Positions 1 through 12,579 of a DNA stretch of 64,000 nt are shown piece after piece; position 1 is the stretch's first letter, and every line of letters starts with the position of its first letter. The position numbers and the translations under genes are program-made. The DNA comes from Massalongia carnosa (Eukaryota). The notes below the pieces were generated by a model. It had not been told where the DNA came from. It saw only the letters and a list, made by a program, of their open reading frames with translations, and did no database searches. The stretch spans positions 248,001 to 312,000 of the forward strand of contig OZ287069.1 of the NCBI GenBank assembly GCA_965645245.1, in the 5' to 3' direction.

Positions 1-394
1 AATCGGAATCTCAAGTCGACTCCGTCCCCGTGCGAATGGGAGTATTTGTCTAAAAAGACATATTGCCTGTCCTGCAAAAGTCAACTACCTCAGCTCAAGC
101 GACGCCGACCATTAGAGGAAATGAATAACAATTTCACCAAAAGAAGACGCGCATCTCAGACCATGTGGCAATGTAAGAGCTGTGGGCCTTGCTGCAAAAG
201 GGAGTCGTGTTGGGACATTTTACATAGCCGCTAGACATTTTACCTAGGTAATGATAGCGATGTACTCATTTTTTACGAAAAGGGAAAATTCAGTAAATCT
301 GATTGGTCGGATTAAAGTTATTAGTCATTACCCGACTGACGGTGCTGTAAAATTCAATATTACCGAAATGGCTGCCATTCTGGCCAACGAAGGG
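1..394 (+). mobile_element. 3' end of a piggyBac-like DNA transposon (C-terminal Cys-rich domain of transposase, ORF ends 234)
   Basis: Frame is open from base 1 and ends YCLSCK...CKSCGPCCKRESCWDILH, resembling the piggyBac cysteine-rich tail. The element appears to end ...AACGAAGGG (394) followed by ATAA, one mismatch from the TTAA target. The 5' part lies outside the window. Confidence 0.6.
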
Positions 395-400
395 ATAAGG

Positions 401-424
401 GATTGATTGATTGATTGATTGATT
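401..424 (-). repeat. (GATT)6 / (AATC)n LINE 3' tail
   Basis: gattgattgattgattgattgatt directly downstream of the ORF2 3' UTR. Confidence 0.9.
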
Positions 425-762
425 CATACACCGATCCATGGGCCGAAGGCCCTTATGCGGGAGTGCTAAACTACATCGGGGGGGTGTCCCAGGGGATGGG
501 TATCTAAGTCTGCTGAGGGCAGAATTGCTGCACTAAGCGCTGAAAGTAAAAAAAATACAAAAACTCTAGCTGTACAAGGGGTTGCGAATGCAAGGAAGAG
601 GGAAAAGAAGACACGAACAGAGGGAAAAACCGCTTGAGACAAATCGATAAATAGAACTCCAACGCCACCCTCCTGGGGCCCTGTGCTTGGTGTTGATACA
701 TGCGAGCCCCACCATGGTAGAGACTATTCTGTGAGCGGGATAAAACAAGAGCCGGCCTGCCG

Positions 763-3700
763 TTAACTCGTAGATTGTTCGGTTGCTATCCTCACGTCTC
801 CAAATTGGCCGAGGAGACGTGAGGATAGCATGAATTTGGATGCTGCCTTGGCCAGTCTGGGGGTGCAAAAAATTTCTTGGAGATCGAACACCTTCCGGCC
901 TATCCAGATAGTCTCCATGCGCAATCGATGGTGCCTGACGCACTCCAGAAGCACATGATGAACTGTTTGATAACCGAAGCCGCATGGACATTCGCCCGTT
1001 TCGGTGCGGCCTATATCTGAGAGATACTTGCGGAGACCAATCTTATATGTTCTCATCTGCACCAGGGTGGAACTCATTGACTTGTGAAGCCCCTGGTAGA
1101 GTTGCAAGACCTTGTTAGTGGGCTGGGGGAGGAGCTTTTTCGTCATCTGTCCGCGTTTTTCTGCCTCCCAATCCCCAGCCCATTCTTTGCTGATCATTTT
1201 CCTCATGTTGCGTTTGATCGCCGACTTCACTGTGTGTCCGAGGAAGTCGAAGTGGGTGATGGAGGGACTCTGGCCAGGTTCTAACCAGCCTGATGCTTCT
1301 TTTGCTGCTTGGTCTGCTATCTCGTTGCCTTCTACTCCCATATGCCCAGGTATCCAGCAGAGTCTGACTCTAGCCTGCATCTCCCGGCATGCGTAGAGTT
1401 TTCCAATGATCTCGCGCAGTATGAACTGACCTGATTCAGTTCCGGGGTCGGCTACTGATTTGATGGCTGATTGATTATCTGCATAAACCGTTATTATCTC
1501 CCCTTGCCATCGTGCAATAGCCGCCGCCAGTCCCAGGTCGATGCCCACTAGTTCCGCGAGGTAAACTGTGGCTTCTTTGTTCGTTCCGAGGCGGGTTCCT
1601 ACCCGTGTGTTGTCGCTGGGGATGACCGCTGCCCCACCAACTCCGAAGGGGTTATCACTCCCATCCGTGTATATGACTATTTGGTTCGGCTCTGATGTCA
1701 CCTTGTCATGCTCTTTAATTGCTTCCTCCTTACTGGAAGCAATGTGCGTTTCGGGGGGAGACCACCATGGTTCCGCTATGAATGGAAGAATGACCTCTAA
1801 CCGCCAGGGTTGAGGGCATTTCCCCGAAGTCATTAAGCGAGACTCTAGCTTAGCTAGAGGGCTCCAGTATCGATAGTGAGAGTCCGCTTGGCTTGTCCAG
1901 GCGCGGATCTCACGTATTATGGCGTAAAGGGGGCTTGAACGTATGCGCAGTAGTGACTCGTTCACTGCCTGCTCCATGCGTTGCCGGCCAGGCAGGAGGT
2001 GAAGCTCCATATCCAAGGCCGGGCCCGAGGTTGTTCTAAATGCCCCTGAAATGATCAGTGCCGCCCGTCGCTGAATAGATCTGACGGCTTTGAGCACGGC
2101 GGTTGCTTGCGTGATAGTCCCGTATCCGCCCTCGGGAACATACCATGCAGAGCATCCAAAGGTGAGTTGCGGTAGTATGGTGGCTTGATAGATCCTTCGA
2201 AGACTCGCAAGACTGGTGCCCCATGTGGAGCCCGCAAGGCTGCCTAGGGCCCCCAGTCTCTTTGAGGTTTTGGCTTCCAGTTTCCTTAAATGGGCGTGCC
2301 ATTTGAGCTTGTCGTCGAATGTGGCGCCCAGATAGGTAGCGGTATGCTGTGGCTTGATGGTTTTGCCCGCTAGGGAGATAGCTCTCTCCGGGGGGTTCAA
2401 ATCCGTCTCTGAGGGTCCTTTGATAAAGTGCAAGAGCTGGAATTTGGCGGGGGCAAATTTGGAGGCGTGTGTGTCCGCCCATTTCTGCTCCCTCGTCATG
2501 AACGAGGCTTCGAGATTTCTACAGTTCTGTTCTGCTGAAGCTCCAATAATTAGTTTGGATATGTCATCGACATAGCCCAAGTTCATCTTTTTAGGCCCTT
2601 CCTCTTCCATAAGGTCGGCGTTGTAGAAGAGATAAAGAATAGGAGATATAGGGGATCCCTGAGGGACTCCAAAGTTCGTGGTGAATGGTGGCGAGGTGTA
2701 GTCGGGCATGGCGATGGTCGTTTTCCTTTCCTGAAGGAAGCTTTCGATCCATTTAGCTATGTTGCCGCCTATTCTTCTCTTCCGTAGGTTGTACAGTAGT
2801 CTTTTGTGGGATACGTTATCGTAAGCACCCGAGATGTCCAGCATGAGCACTGTGGCCACTTGGTTGTTAAGCCAGGCTGCGTGGATGGCCTCTAGGAGCA
2901 GATGGAGGGCGTGTTCGGGTGATCTAGCTCGCCTGCCGCCTATATGGAGTCTGGGGAGTAGGCTCTCGGTCTCCACCGCGTGATTGATTCTGGTTGCAAT
3001 GATCTTCTCCATAGTCTTACCTAAATTGTTGAGCAAGGCTATGGGTCTGTATGAATTCGGCAAACTGTAGTCGGCCTTAGCTGGTTTTCTGAGAACCACC
3101 GTGGTGGATTCTCTGAAAGCATTGGGGTGATGACCCAGTTCCCAGCTGGCGTTATACAGAGCTACAAGTGTGGGCATGATGAGCGGTAACACATCTTTGA
3201 GGATTCTATTAGGCAGTCCGTCGGGGCCTGGGGCCGAGAGTGGTGCTGCCTTTGTGATGGCTTTAGTTATTTCCCGAGCTGAGATGGGAGCAAATTGGAT
3301 TGGCTCTGGATAGTGATAATCGGCGATGTCTTCAAGATTGGTGGCGTCCGGGATAGGAAAAAGCTGTCTGCGAAGCAGTTCAGCCTTGCCCGAGGCCTCC
3401 GTCACTTTGGAGCCATCGCTTTTCATTAGGGTTGGGGTGAAGGCTTGGAATGGGGTCGACCTGTTCTTAGCCCATTTCGCAAGCTTCCAGAGACCATCTG
3501 GAGTGCTGGTGGCCTCCTCTACCCTGTCCCTATGTGTTGTCTTGAGAGCTTTTTGTACGATTTTGTTTTTGCTGTTTCTCGCCTCTCGGTAGGCTTCCCA
3601 GTCTTCCAGAGAGCGCGTTTCCTTATGCTTGCGCCTGAGACGTCTGCATAAGGTGACTGCCTCTTTGCATTCCGGGGTAAAGCCAGGTTTTGAATGATTG

Positions 3701-4617
3701 CAACCTCTAGAAAGTGGGACTGCTGTTTCCACTGCGTGCTGGATAGCTTCAACTAACTCATGGGCCAAGTTCTCGAGTTCTTGAACTGTGCTCACGCTCC
3801 TAGGTGCCGGGAGCTTGTCTGTCAGCGTGTCTAGTAGCTTTTTCCTATCAGTCTTAGACCACATGCGAGAGGACCTTATGGCCCTCTTAACTGTGGTGAT
3901 ATCGAATGCTGTGCCAATGGGGTAGTGATCTGAGTCACTATCCTACTCTCTTCTCACATCGCACATGAGTACGGCTGAAGCCACTGCGGGGGTTGCGAAC
4001 GTTAAGTCTATCGTGCTCTGTGCTGATCTATGATCGTATGTTATAGTGCCAGGGGGGAGCAGAAGTTCTAGCTCGCTTTGATCGAGAATCTCCAGTAGTT
4101 GGTCTGCCTCCGGATGTTGATGATGGTAGTCTTCGCCAGTCCATAGGGGATGGTGAAGATTGAAGTCCCCTACCACTATGTGTTCTCCCTCCACCTCTAG
4201 CGCCTTGCTTAGGTCTGGCAAGGTGCTGTAGTTTCCCTGAGAGGGGGAGGGATTGTAGATGTTATGGATATTGATGACTCGCTGGGTTTCGCCAGGAAAT
4301 TCCAAGTGCAAAGTCATCAGATCGGGAGAGTGGAAGGTTACCTTCCAAGAGGCGCCTGCTATGTCTTTGTTGACGAACATGCATACTCTCGGAGGGAGCT
4401 CTTGTTCTCCTGTTTCGGGGGGATAGAGAAGGTGAAAAACATTTTTGACCGGATTGTGCGTGGTGTGTTGATAGGGGTTCCGCGCCCAGGGTTCCTGGAT
4501 GGCCAGGATGCCGTATTTCATGGTGTCCTCCCTGCGAAGGAAGTCCGCCATGACAGTGTTCTTGGATTTGTTGCAGTTGTACTGAAGTATGGACAGATAG
4601 TGGGTGTATTCACTCAT
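763..4617 (-). pseudogene. LINE ORF2: AP-endonuclease + reverse transcriptase + RNase H + C-terminal zinc knuckle, one in-frame stop
   Basis: Motifs ILQYN, AIQEPW, GDFNLHH, SDHYPI (EN); YRPIALL, GVPQGSPISPILY, GYVDD (RT); YTDGS, WIPGH, GNEIAD (RNase H); CPCG..TVHHVLLEC. ORFs 3943-4617 and 763-3864 are in the same frame, separated by a single TAG at 3943-3945. Confidence 0.92.
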
Positions 4618-4723
4618 AGTTCCTCTTCTGTCTGAGTACTGGGCTGCAAGCGACGGGTTGCCGATCTGGTGGTCATTGAAGAACTATCGTCGTTCTCCTT
4701 ATCGCTCAAGACCTCCACAGCCT

Positions 4724-6208
4724 TCAGGAGGGTTTCTTCTTTCCCTTCTTAGAAGCTGCTTGTGCCATGCTCCTGTTGGTAGAGCTGGGGTTGTCTGCCA
4801 GGAGATCTACCTCCCCATGCGCCCGCTTCTTCCCCTTGCGGAGAGTTGGCACGGTTTGCCAATCTTTCTCTCGTACAGAACCCGTTCGAGGGCCCTGTTC
4901 CACCTGGGTTGAGGCTGGGGTCACCTCACTGCTTGTCGTGACCGTCGGCGTGGTCGATGCCGGCGGACTGCTCCGTTTTTGTTCCTGACCATTTAGGGTC
5001 TCCCTTGAGGAGGCCCTGAGAGGCCAGAAGGGGAGAGCTTCTTCTTTGGCCTGCTTCATTCGGGCCTTTTCCTTCTTTCGCTCTGGGCAAGACTCTGCGC
5101 TTGCCCCGTGGCCCTCCTTGCCACACGCATTGCATTTGAGAGTGACCGATTTGCAATCGGTCATGTGGTGACTTTCGGAACATTTGAAGCATGTTTGATG
5201 CTTCTGTCGGCAAGCATGGCTCGTGTGACCATACTTACCGCACCGGAAACATTGCCTAAGCCTGGCCTCCGGAACATGTCTTTCCACCGCGAAAGATCTC
5301 CCATCCAAATATAGCTGCGAGGCCAAAATGGCGTTGCAGTCTAATTCGTTCTCAAAGTATACCACCATGGATCTAGCTGTGCCTCCTGCCTTACTCATGC
5401 GGGACAACCATTCTACTCCTGTTACCCTATTCCTAACGGGCATATGTGACTTATTTTCCTCCCAGAGGCGTTCCTTGATGTCTGTCATGCTTAGATTAGC
5501 CGGTACAAAGTGCGTGATTAAGCCGAAGCTTTGGCTGTATTATAGTAGCTTTGCTCGATAGCCTGATGGCCCATCGGGTGTCTTTTCTTAGGCGTTCCGT
5601 GTCTGAGGCGTTGTTGACTATTACCTGTACGTCTCCGCTAGGGAGGACCCTTGCTGCTATTGCTACGACTGCTGCCGTGGCTGTGCCATTGGAAATAGGG
5701 GGGGCGGGAACGTTTTGATTGGTCGGAATTCTCGTGTTGTTATGATCCTTTAACGCATTAGATATTGCCGCGTTGATTCTGTCTTTGAGCGCAGATCCTT
5801 TGCTATGGCTTCGTTGTTCAGCTTGACGACGATTTCACGAGCTTTCTCTTCTAGTATAGGAGCAGGGATGGACGTCCCCGAAAGCGTAGAGATCGTTGGG
5901 GCCGAGGCAGCAAAGGCTGCCCGTTCTGCCCAGGTCATCGTCCTCTTGTAGCCAGTAGTGGCCGCGGAGGAGGTAGTGGGTGTTGTGTGGGCGGTGTCTT
6001 GCTTGCGCTCGACATAGGTGACTTTAGTGAGCGTTTGCTCTGTAGTGTTCTTTATTTGGTTGATGGTAGCTTGGAGCTGATCCATCGTGGGTTGGTTGCG
6101 CATCTTCTCCAGTAGGCTGATCATACTGGAGAGTAACAGGGTGTAAGACTGAACCTTCATAGGTCTTTGCTTCTGATATGCCTCGCAGTTAGTTAAGTTA
6201 TTAAGCAC
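4724..6208 (-). pseudogene. LINE ORF1 (gag-like nucleic-acid-binding protein), fragmented
   Basis: CFRCGKYGHTSHAC, CFKCSESHHMTDC and CNACGKEGH..C knuckles in 4724-5488. Coiled-coil/TWAERAA segment in 5750-6208. Breaks lie between the two. Confidence 0.85.
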
Positions 6209-6318
6209 ATTGGTGAGGAAGTGTCAAACCTGAATGCGGGCGATTCTCATCGCCGATCCTCGACCCCCTGTCGCGGCAGATGCCGCTAAGACTACGCCAT
6301 TTCTTTCCCACCTTTACC

Positions 6319-9300
6319 CCTATTCGAAACCGGGGTAGATATCACCATTGCGAACTCTGACGGATGGACGCCTTTGAATAATGCAGCCGCTAAGGGTCAT
6401 CTTGAGGTGGTCAAGTATCTATTCAAAATCGGGGCAGATATCACCATTGCGAGCTCTACTGGATGGATGCCTTTGAATAGTGCAGCCAGCAACGGTCATC
6501 TTGAGATGGTCAAGTTCCTATTAGAAAACGGGGCAGATATCACCATTGCGAACTCTGACGGATGGATGCCTTTGAATAATGCAGCCGCTAAGGGTCATCT
6601 TGAGGTGGTCAAGTTCCTATTCGAAAACGGGGCAGATATCACCATTGCGAGCTCTACCGGATGGACGCCTTTGAATTGTGCAGCCAACAACGGTCATCGT
6701 GAAGTGGTCAAGTATCTATTCAAAATCGGGGCAGATATCACCATTGCGAACTCTGATGGATGTACGCCTTTCAATAGTGCAGCCAAAAACGGTCATATTG
6801 AGATGGTCAAGTTCCTATTCGAAAACGGGGCAGATATCACCATTGCGAGCTCTACTGGATGGATGCCTTTGAATAGTGCAGCCAGCAACGGTCATCTTGA
6901 GATGGTCAAGTTCCTATTAGAAAACGGGGCAGATATCACCATTGCGAACTCTGACGGATGGACGCCTTTGAATAATGCAGCCGCTAAGGGTCATCTTGAG
7001 GTGGTCAAGTATCTATTCAAAATCGGGGCAGATATCACCATTACGAGCTCTACTGGATGGACGCCTTTGAATATTGGATCCCAAAACGGTCATCTTGAGG
7101 TGGTCAAGTTCCTATTCGAAAACGGGGCAGATATCACCATTGCGAGCTCTACCGGATGGATGCCTTTGAATAGTGCAGCCAGAAACGGTCATCTTGAGAT
7201 GGTCAAGTTCCTAATAGAAAACGGGGCAGATATCACCATTGCGAACTCTGACGGATGGATGCCTTTGAATAATGCAGCCGCTAAGGGTCATCTTGAGGTG
7301 GTCAAGTTCCTATTCGAAAACGGGGCAGATATCACAATTGCGAGCTCTACCGGATGGACGCCTTTGAATAGTGCAGCCAACAACGGTCATCGTGAAGTTG
7401 TCAAGTATCTATTCGAAAACGGGGCAGATATCACCATTGCGAACTCTGATGGATGTACGCCTTTGAATAGTGCAGCCAAAAACGGTCATATTGAGATGGT
7501 CAAGTTCCTATTCGAAAACGGGGCAGATATCACAATTGCGAGCTCTACCGGATGGACGCCTTTGAATAGTGCAGCCAACAACGGTCATCGTGAAGTGGTC
7601 AAGTATCTATTCGAAAACGGGGCAGATATCACCATTGCGAACTCTGATGGATGGACGCCTTTGGATAATGCAGCTGGTAACGGTCATTTTGAAGTGATCA
7701 AGTATCTATTCGAAAACGGGGTAGATATCACCATTGCGAGCTCTACCGGATGGACGACTTTGAATAATGCAGCCACTAAGGGTCATCTTGAGGTGGTCAA
7801 GTTCCTATTCGAAAACGGGGTAGATATCACCATTGCGAACTCTGACGGATGGACGCCTTTGAATAATGCAGCCGCTAAGGGTCATCTTGAGGTGGTCAAG
7901 TATCTATTCAAAATCGGGGCAGATATCACCATTACGAGCTCTACTGGATGGACGCCTTTGAATATTGGATCCCAAAACGGTCATCTTGAGGTGGTCAAGT
8001 TCCTATTCGAAAACGGGGCAGATATCACCATTGCGAACTCTGACGGATGGACGCCTTTGAATAATGCAGCCGCTAAAGGTCATCTTGAGGTGGTCAAGTT
8101 CCTATTCGATAACGGGGCAGATATCACCATTGCGAGCTCTACTGGATGGATGCCTTTGAATAGTGCAGCCAGCAACGGTCATCTTGAGATGGTCAAGTTC
8201 CTATTAGAAAACGGGGCAGATATCACCATTGCGAACTCTGACGGATGGACGCCTTTGAATAATGCAGCCGCTAAGGGTCATCTTGAGGTGGTCAAGTTCC
8301 TATTCGAAAATGGGGCAGATATCACAATTGCGAGCTCTACCGGATGGACGCCTTTGAATTGTGCAGCCAACAACGGTCATATTGAGATGGTCAAGTTCCT
8401 ATTCGAAAACGGGGTAGATATCACTATTGCGAGCTCTACTGAATGGATGCCTTTGAATAGTGCAGCCAGCAACGGTCATCTTGAGATGGTTAAGTTCCTA
8501 TTCGAAAACGGGGCAGATATCACCATTGCGAACTCTGACGGATGGACGCCTTTGAATAATGCAGCCGCTAAGGGTCATCTTGAGGTGGTCAAGTATCTAT
8601 TCGAAAACGGGGCAGATATCACCATTACGAGCTCTACTGGATTGACGCCTTTGAATATTGGATCCCAAAACGGTCATCTTGAGGTGGTCAAGTTCCTATT
8701 CGAAAACGGGGCAGATATCACTATCGTGAACTCTGACGGATGGACGCCTTTGAATAGTGCAGCCAACTATGGTCATCTTGAGGTGGTCAAGTTCCTATTC
8801 GAAACTGGGGCAGATATCACCATTGCGAACTCTGATGGATGGACGCCTTTGAATAGTGCAGCCAAAAACGGTCATCTTGAGATGGTCAAGTTCCTGTTCG
8901 AAAACGGGGCAGATATCACCCTTGCGAGCTCTACCGGATGAACGCCTTTGAATATTGGTGCCCAAAACGGTCATCTTGAGGTGGTCAAGTTCCTATTCGA
9001 AAACGGGGCAGATATCACTATTGCGAGCTCTACCGGATGGACGACTTTGAATAGTGCAGCCAACAACGGTCATCTTGAGGTGGTCAAGTATCTATTCGAA
9101 AAGGGGGCAGATATAACCATTGCGAGCTCTACCGGATGGTTGCCTTTGAATATTGGAGCCGCTAAGGGTCATCTTGAGGTGATCAAGTTCCTATTCGAAA
9201 ACGGGGCAGATATCACTATCGTAAGCTCTGACGGATGGACGCCTTTGAATAGTGCAGCCAACTACGGTCATCTTGAGGTGGTCAAGTTCCTATTCGAAAA

Positions 9301-9705
9301 CGGGGTAGATATCACCATTGCGGACTCTGACGGATGGACGTCTTTGAATAATGCAGCCGCTAAGGGTCATCTTGAGGTGGTCAAGTTCCTATTCGAAAAC
9401 GGGGCAGATATGACCATTGCGAGCTCTACCGGATGGACGTCTTTGAATATTGGAGCCGCTAATGGTCATCTTGAAGTGGTCAAGTATCTATTCGAAAACG
9501 GGGCAGATATCACCATTGCGAACTCTGACGGATGGACGCCTTTGCATAATGCAGCCAGAAACGGTCATCTTGCATTGGCCAAGTTCCTATTCGAAAACGG
9601 GGCAGATATCACCATTGCGAACTCTGACGGATGGATGCCTTTGAGTAGTGCAGCCGAAAATGGTCATCTTGAGGTGGTCAAGTTTCTATTCGGAAAAGGG
9701 GCAGA
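6319..9705 (+). repeat. Tandem array of about 34 x 99-bp units encoding 33-aa ankyrin repeats
   Basis: Unit GADITIA(NSD/SST)GW(T/M)PLNxAxxxGHLEVVKFLFEN. 34 helix-1 segments counted in the translation. Confidence 0.97.
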
Positions 9706-11450
9706 TTCTAATTTTCAGGAGTATGATCCAAATGACGATGTTAACTCCGTCCTCTCTGACAAGGGTGACATCAGTCCAATGGCATCCGTTAACAGGACTA
9801 AGCAGGAAAAGATTGCCGAAGAGCATATAGGCTTTTTGCTTGCACAGAATAATGAGCTGTGACCATTATATGAGGAAGCCTTATCGAGAATGGATAAAGG
9901 CCGGTTTGTTGATAATTTTCGAAGATTATTGAACCGATATTATCTTGATCTCACTCGATTTGCGGATACCAACCTTGAGCGAGCGCCGACCCATCTACTG
10001 AAACGCAGATAGAGCAGAATAAGAGTGGCGCAGTGTATTGCGGATAGGACCAGGTCCGATAAAGAGCAGCACTTTCACGAGGTAGAAAGCCAAATTCCCT
10101 ACCTAGAGGCCTGGATCGTAGGGAATGTAGGCCTGTCGCCGCCAAACGACATAGCCGTACCAGAGGTTTTGAACGATGACCCAACCAGTGATGACGAAAA
10201 CTCAATGGATGAAACCGATACAGGTTTATAATTAAATATCCTTGAGATGGAGAGCTTTCTGATACAAGGTAGCCCATTTCAGACTCTTTTACTAAACCTT
10301 CAGATATTTCTTTTACCTGCAACTCTTAGCTCTCTTACTCGAATAATAATGTCGATACCTAGCGATCGCATATGTTTCTCTGCCGCGAATGACTTTTCTC
10401 TTTCGAACAAAATAAAAGCATTCATAGAGGATCATACCGAGGAGACCTGGAACTGGTGGCCTCTACGAGCAAGAATGCGAGAATTGCATGATAATCAAAC
10501 ACGCCTTTATTGGCGATGTGTTAGTATTCTTTGCATATTGACTGCTGTATCAAATTGTTTAATTAAATTATAGCACTGCAATATACACCTCTGGATAGAA
10601 TTATCACTATCACACGCTAAGAGTTATCAGTTGATTCTCAAGCAAAGGGGTATCGTTCCTGAGCACAATCACTTGTGCAAAATAAGACAACGCAAAACTT
10701 CTTTAATCACTTCACTTATGGGGATTCTCCAAGCTGTCGGCTCAGCTTCTGATCCACGCCGATGGTATGGCTCGTCGAATAGCTCGTTGGTAACTTCATC
10801 GCAAGGAGAACAGTTTACTAGTATGATTCGGGGTAGTCAGATCAGCATTACTCGAATCTCTCCTCAAGAAATAGCACCAAGCAGTCAACAAGACATTCAA
10901 ACAAGTATCAACATACCACAAATAAATCAACTGTTTGTGTTGTTTGGGGTGAAAGGAACACGTCGAACTCTAGAGCTAACTCAGATCAACACTCAGAAAT
11001 ATCTGAATGACAATCTCTTCTTCCGGGATATGCGGAAGGAGTACAGAAACCTTCGAGGGTATTTGAGATATTGGTTCTCGATTTGGCGATTTAGTCACTG
11101 TGATTTTGTTAAGGTATGATAGTAAGCTAATGATTTTTTTCATGCTTGTAAAGCTAATCAATAATAGTTTGAAAAGATAAGAGCGAATCGAATCATTCCT
11201 AGAGGCAAAGAAATACCAAATGACATTCATTACGAATATAAGCCGACGCCCCCTGACGCGGAAAATCCCCCAATTAGCCCTCACGAATTCGAGCTGGCTT
11301 TCGCATCGTGTGGTAACCCGTGCATGCTTTTTCCATTTCATGATTGTATTGAACCCCCCAACGGAAATTTCGCTATGGAACGTATTCCCAAAAGAAAGGG
11401 TGCATTGCAGCTAGAGACAAATATGATGGAATTTGCGTGGGTAATACAAG

Positions 11451-11801
11451 TGTCACGGTGCGAGGTCTGGTAGGAATTCAGGTGGTGCAAACGTATTACT
11501 TGATTGTCTAGCTAGTGGACAAGACGTTCGACAAGGAGAAAAGAAACAGAAAATCAAACGTGGGCGAGTATAAGACTCTAGCGAACGAAACTAGTCCCAA
11601 TCCAGCTGTTGATCCAATTTCCCAAGTCACTGGCATGACACTATCGCCATGACACTATTGACAACCGGAACACTTACCTTTGCCCTGACTGAACCGGATT
11701 AAGCTTAGTTCCTTCGGATCGGCTAGCCGGCTAGTGCTTCGTTCAAGCAGCTAAGGTTGGTTCAATGAACTAACTGGCAGGTGCCCAGTCACTCCATGAC
11801 A
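11451..11801. mobile_element. Solo LTR (351 bp), ends resemble the neighbouring Gypsy LTR
   Basis: TGTCACGG...CCATGACA termini; 5-bp TSD ACAAG at 11446-11450 and 11802-11806. Confidence 0.9.
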
Positions 11802-12579
11802 ACAAGCACAGCATGCCATCTCGTTGGTCAGTATGATCGTCTATCACTTTTTAATCTTTGCCGGAACTTTTGGGTTCTGGGGTTGGTGGCAAACCACGCA
11901 CCCTGACGATATTCAAAACGCAGCGGTTCCTTTTGACTAAGGTTACAGTACCTCTTTCAGTGTTTTGGAGTTCAGCTGGCGGATTGAACATTTTTCGTGA
12001 TCACGGGGATTAGCCAGATTGAACGACGTGTACATAAAAATGATTATAGATTACTAGGAACCGATCTGTCACGGACAAGGTCCAGATAGAGAGATATGCA
12101 AGAGTTACTATTAAAAAGCTAGGTCTAGGGATAGTATACAAGACGTCCGACGAAGAACTCCAAACACATGAGAAACTACATAGGTTTTATAGCCATGGCT
12201 TCCAACTCCCCTATTCTTGACTTGCCCTCATCTCTATTCCTGTTCTAATTTCCTAACCATGATCGCTTTGACCTGTTCCGCCTTTCTCCATACCGAAGCA
12301 ATTTCTCTCTGCTGGGCAATCCCAGTCGTAGGCTTGGATAGTGGAGACGTTGAGATTGGATTCGGGATATAGGAGTTTGGGAGTGCACTGAAGGCAGCGG
12401 AAGAACGTCTGAACACATGGGGTGAGGTTTCAGGATAGTTCGGGATAACGGGCCACGGTTCCATTCAACATGCAGGGCGGAGAGCCTGTTAAATACTAAC
12501 CCGATCAGGAAACGTGGGAGGGTGCGAGGTAATTCCATGACAGTAGGTCCCTCTTCAAGGCGGAGCTCCTGCGATGCCA

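Larger units (their letters stand above)
401..6318 (-). mobile_element. Tad1-like non-LTR retrotransposon (LINE), near full length, degenerate
   Basis: (AATC)n 3' tail at 401-424, ORF2 with EN-RT-RNase H-CCHC, ORF1 with three CCHC knuckles. The 5' end abuts an ankyrin repeat at 6318/6319. No TSD found. Confidence 0.93.
6319..12013 (+). pseudogene. 5'-truncated gene: 34 highly conserved ankyrin repeats followed by an unnamed C-terminal region ending in a hydrophobic TM hairpin
   Basis: One frame reads through in-frame stops at 8939, 9860, 10010 and 10229. Two GT-AG introns (about 10520-10572 and 11114-11167), 1-nt frameshifts near 11250 and 11935, and a solo LTR at 11451-11801. Removing the LTR restores FAWVIQ|AQHAISLVSMIVYHFLIFAGTFGFWGWWQTTHPDDIQNAAVP. 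Confidence 0.8.

Noticed and set aside
3943..3945. Programmed stop-codon readthrough in LINE ORF2
   Set aside because: It falls inside the endonuclease domain just before SDH, and ORF1 is also broken. A point mutation is simpler.
6319..9705. CRISPR-like or non-coding repeat-spacer array
   Set aside because: Units are 99 bp, in frame, and encode ankyrin repeats. There are no unique spacers or cas genes, and the context is eukaryotic.
763..9705. Diversity-generating retroelement (RT next to variable repeats)
   Set aside because: The RT is an ordinary LINE EN-RT-RH. Repeat variants recur as shared blocks, as expected from recombination, not template-to-variable adenine mutagenesis.
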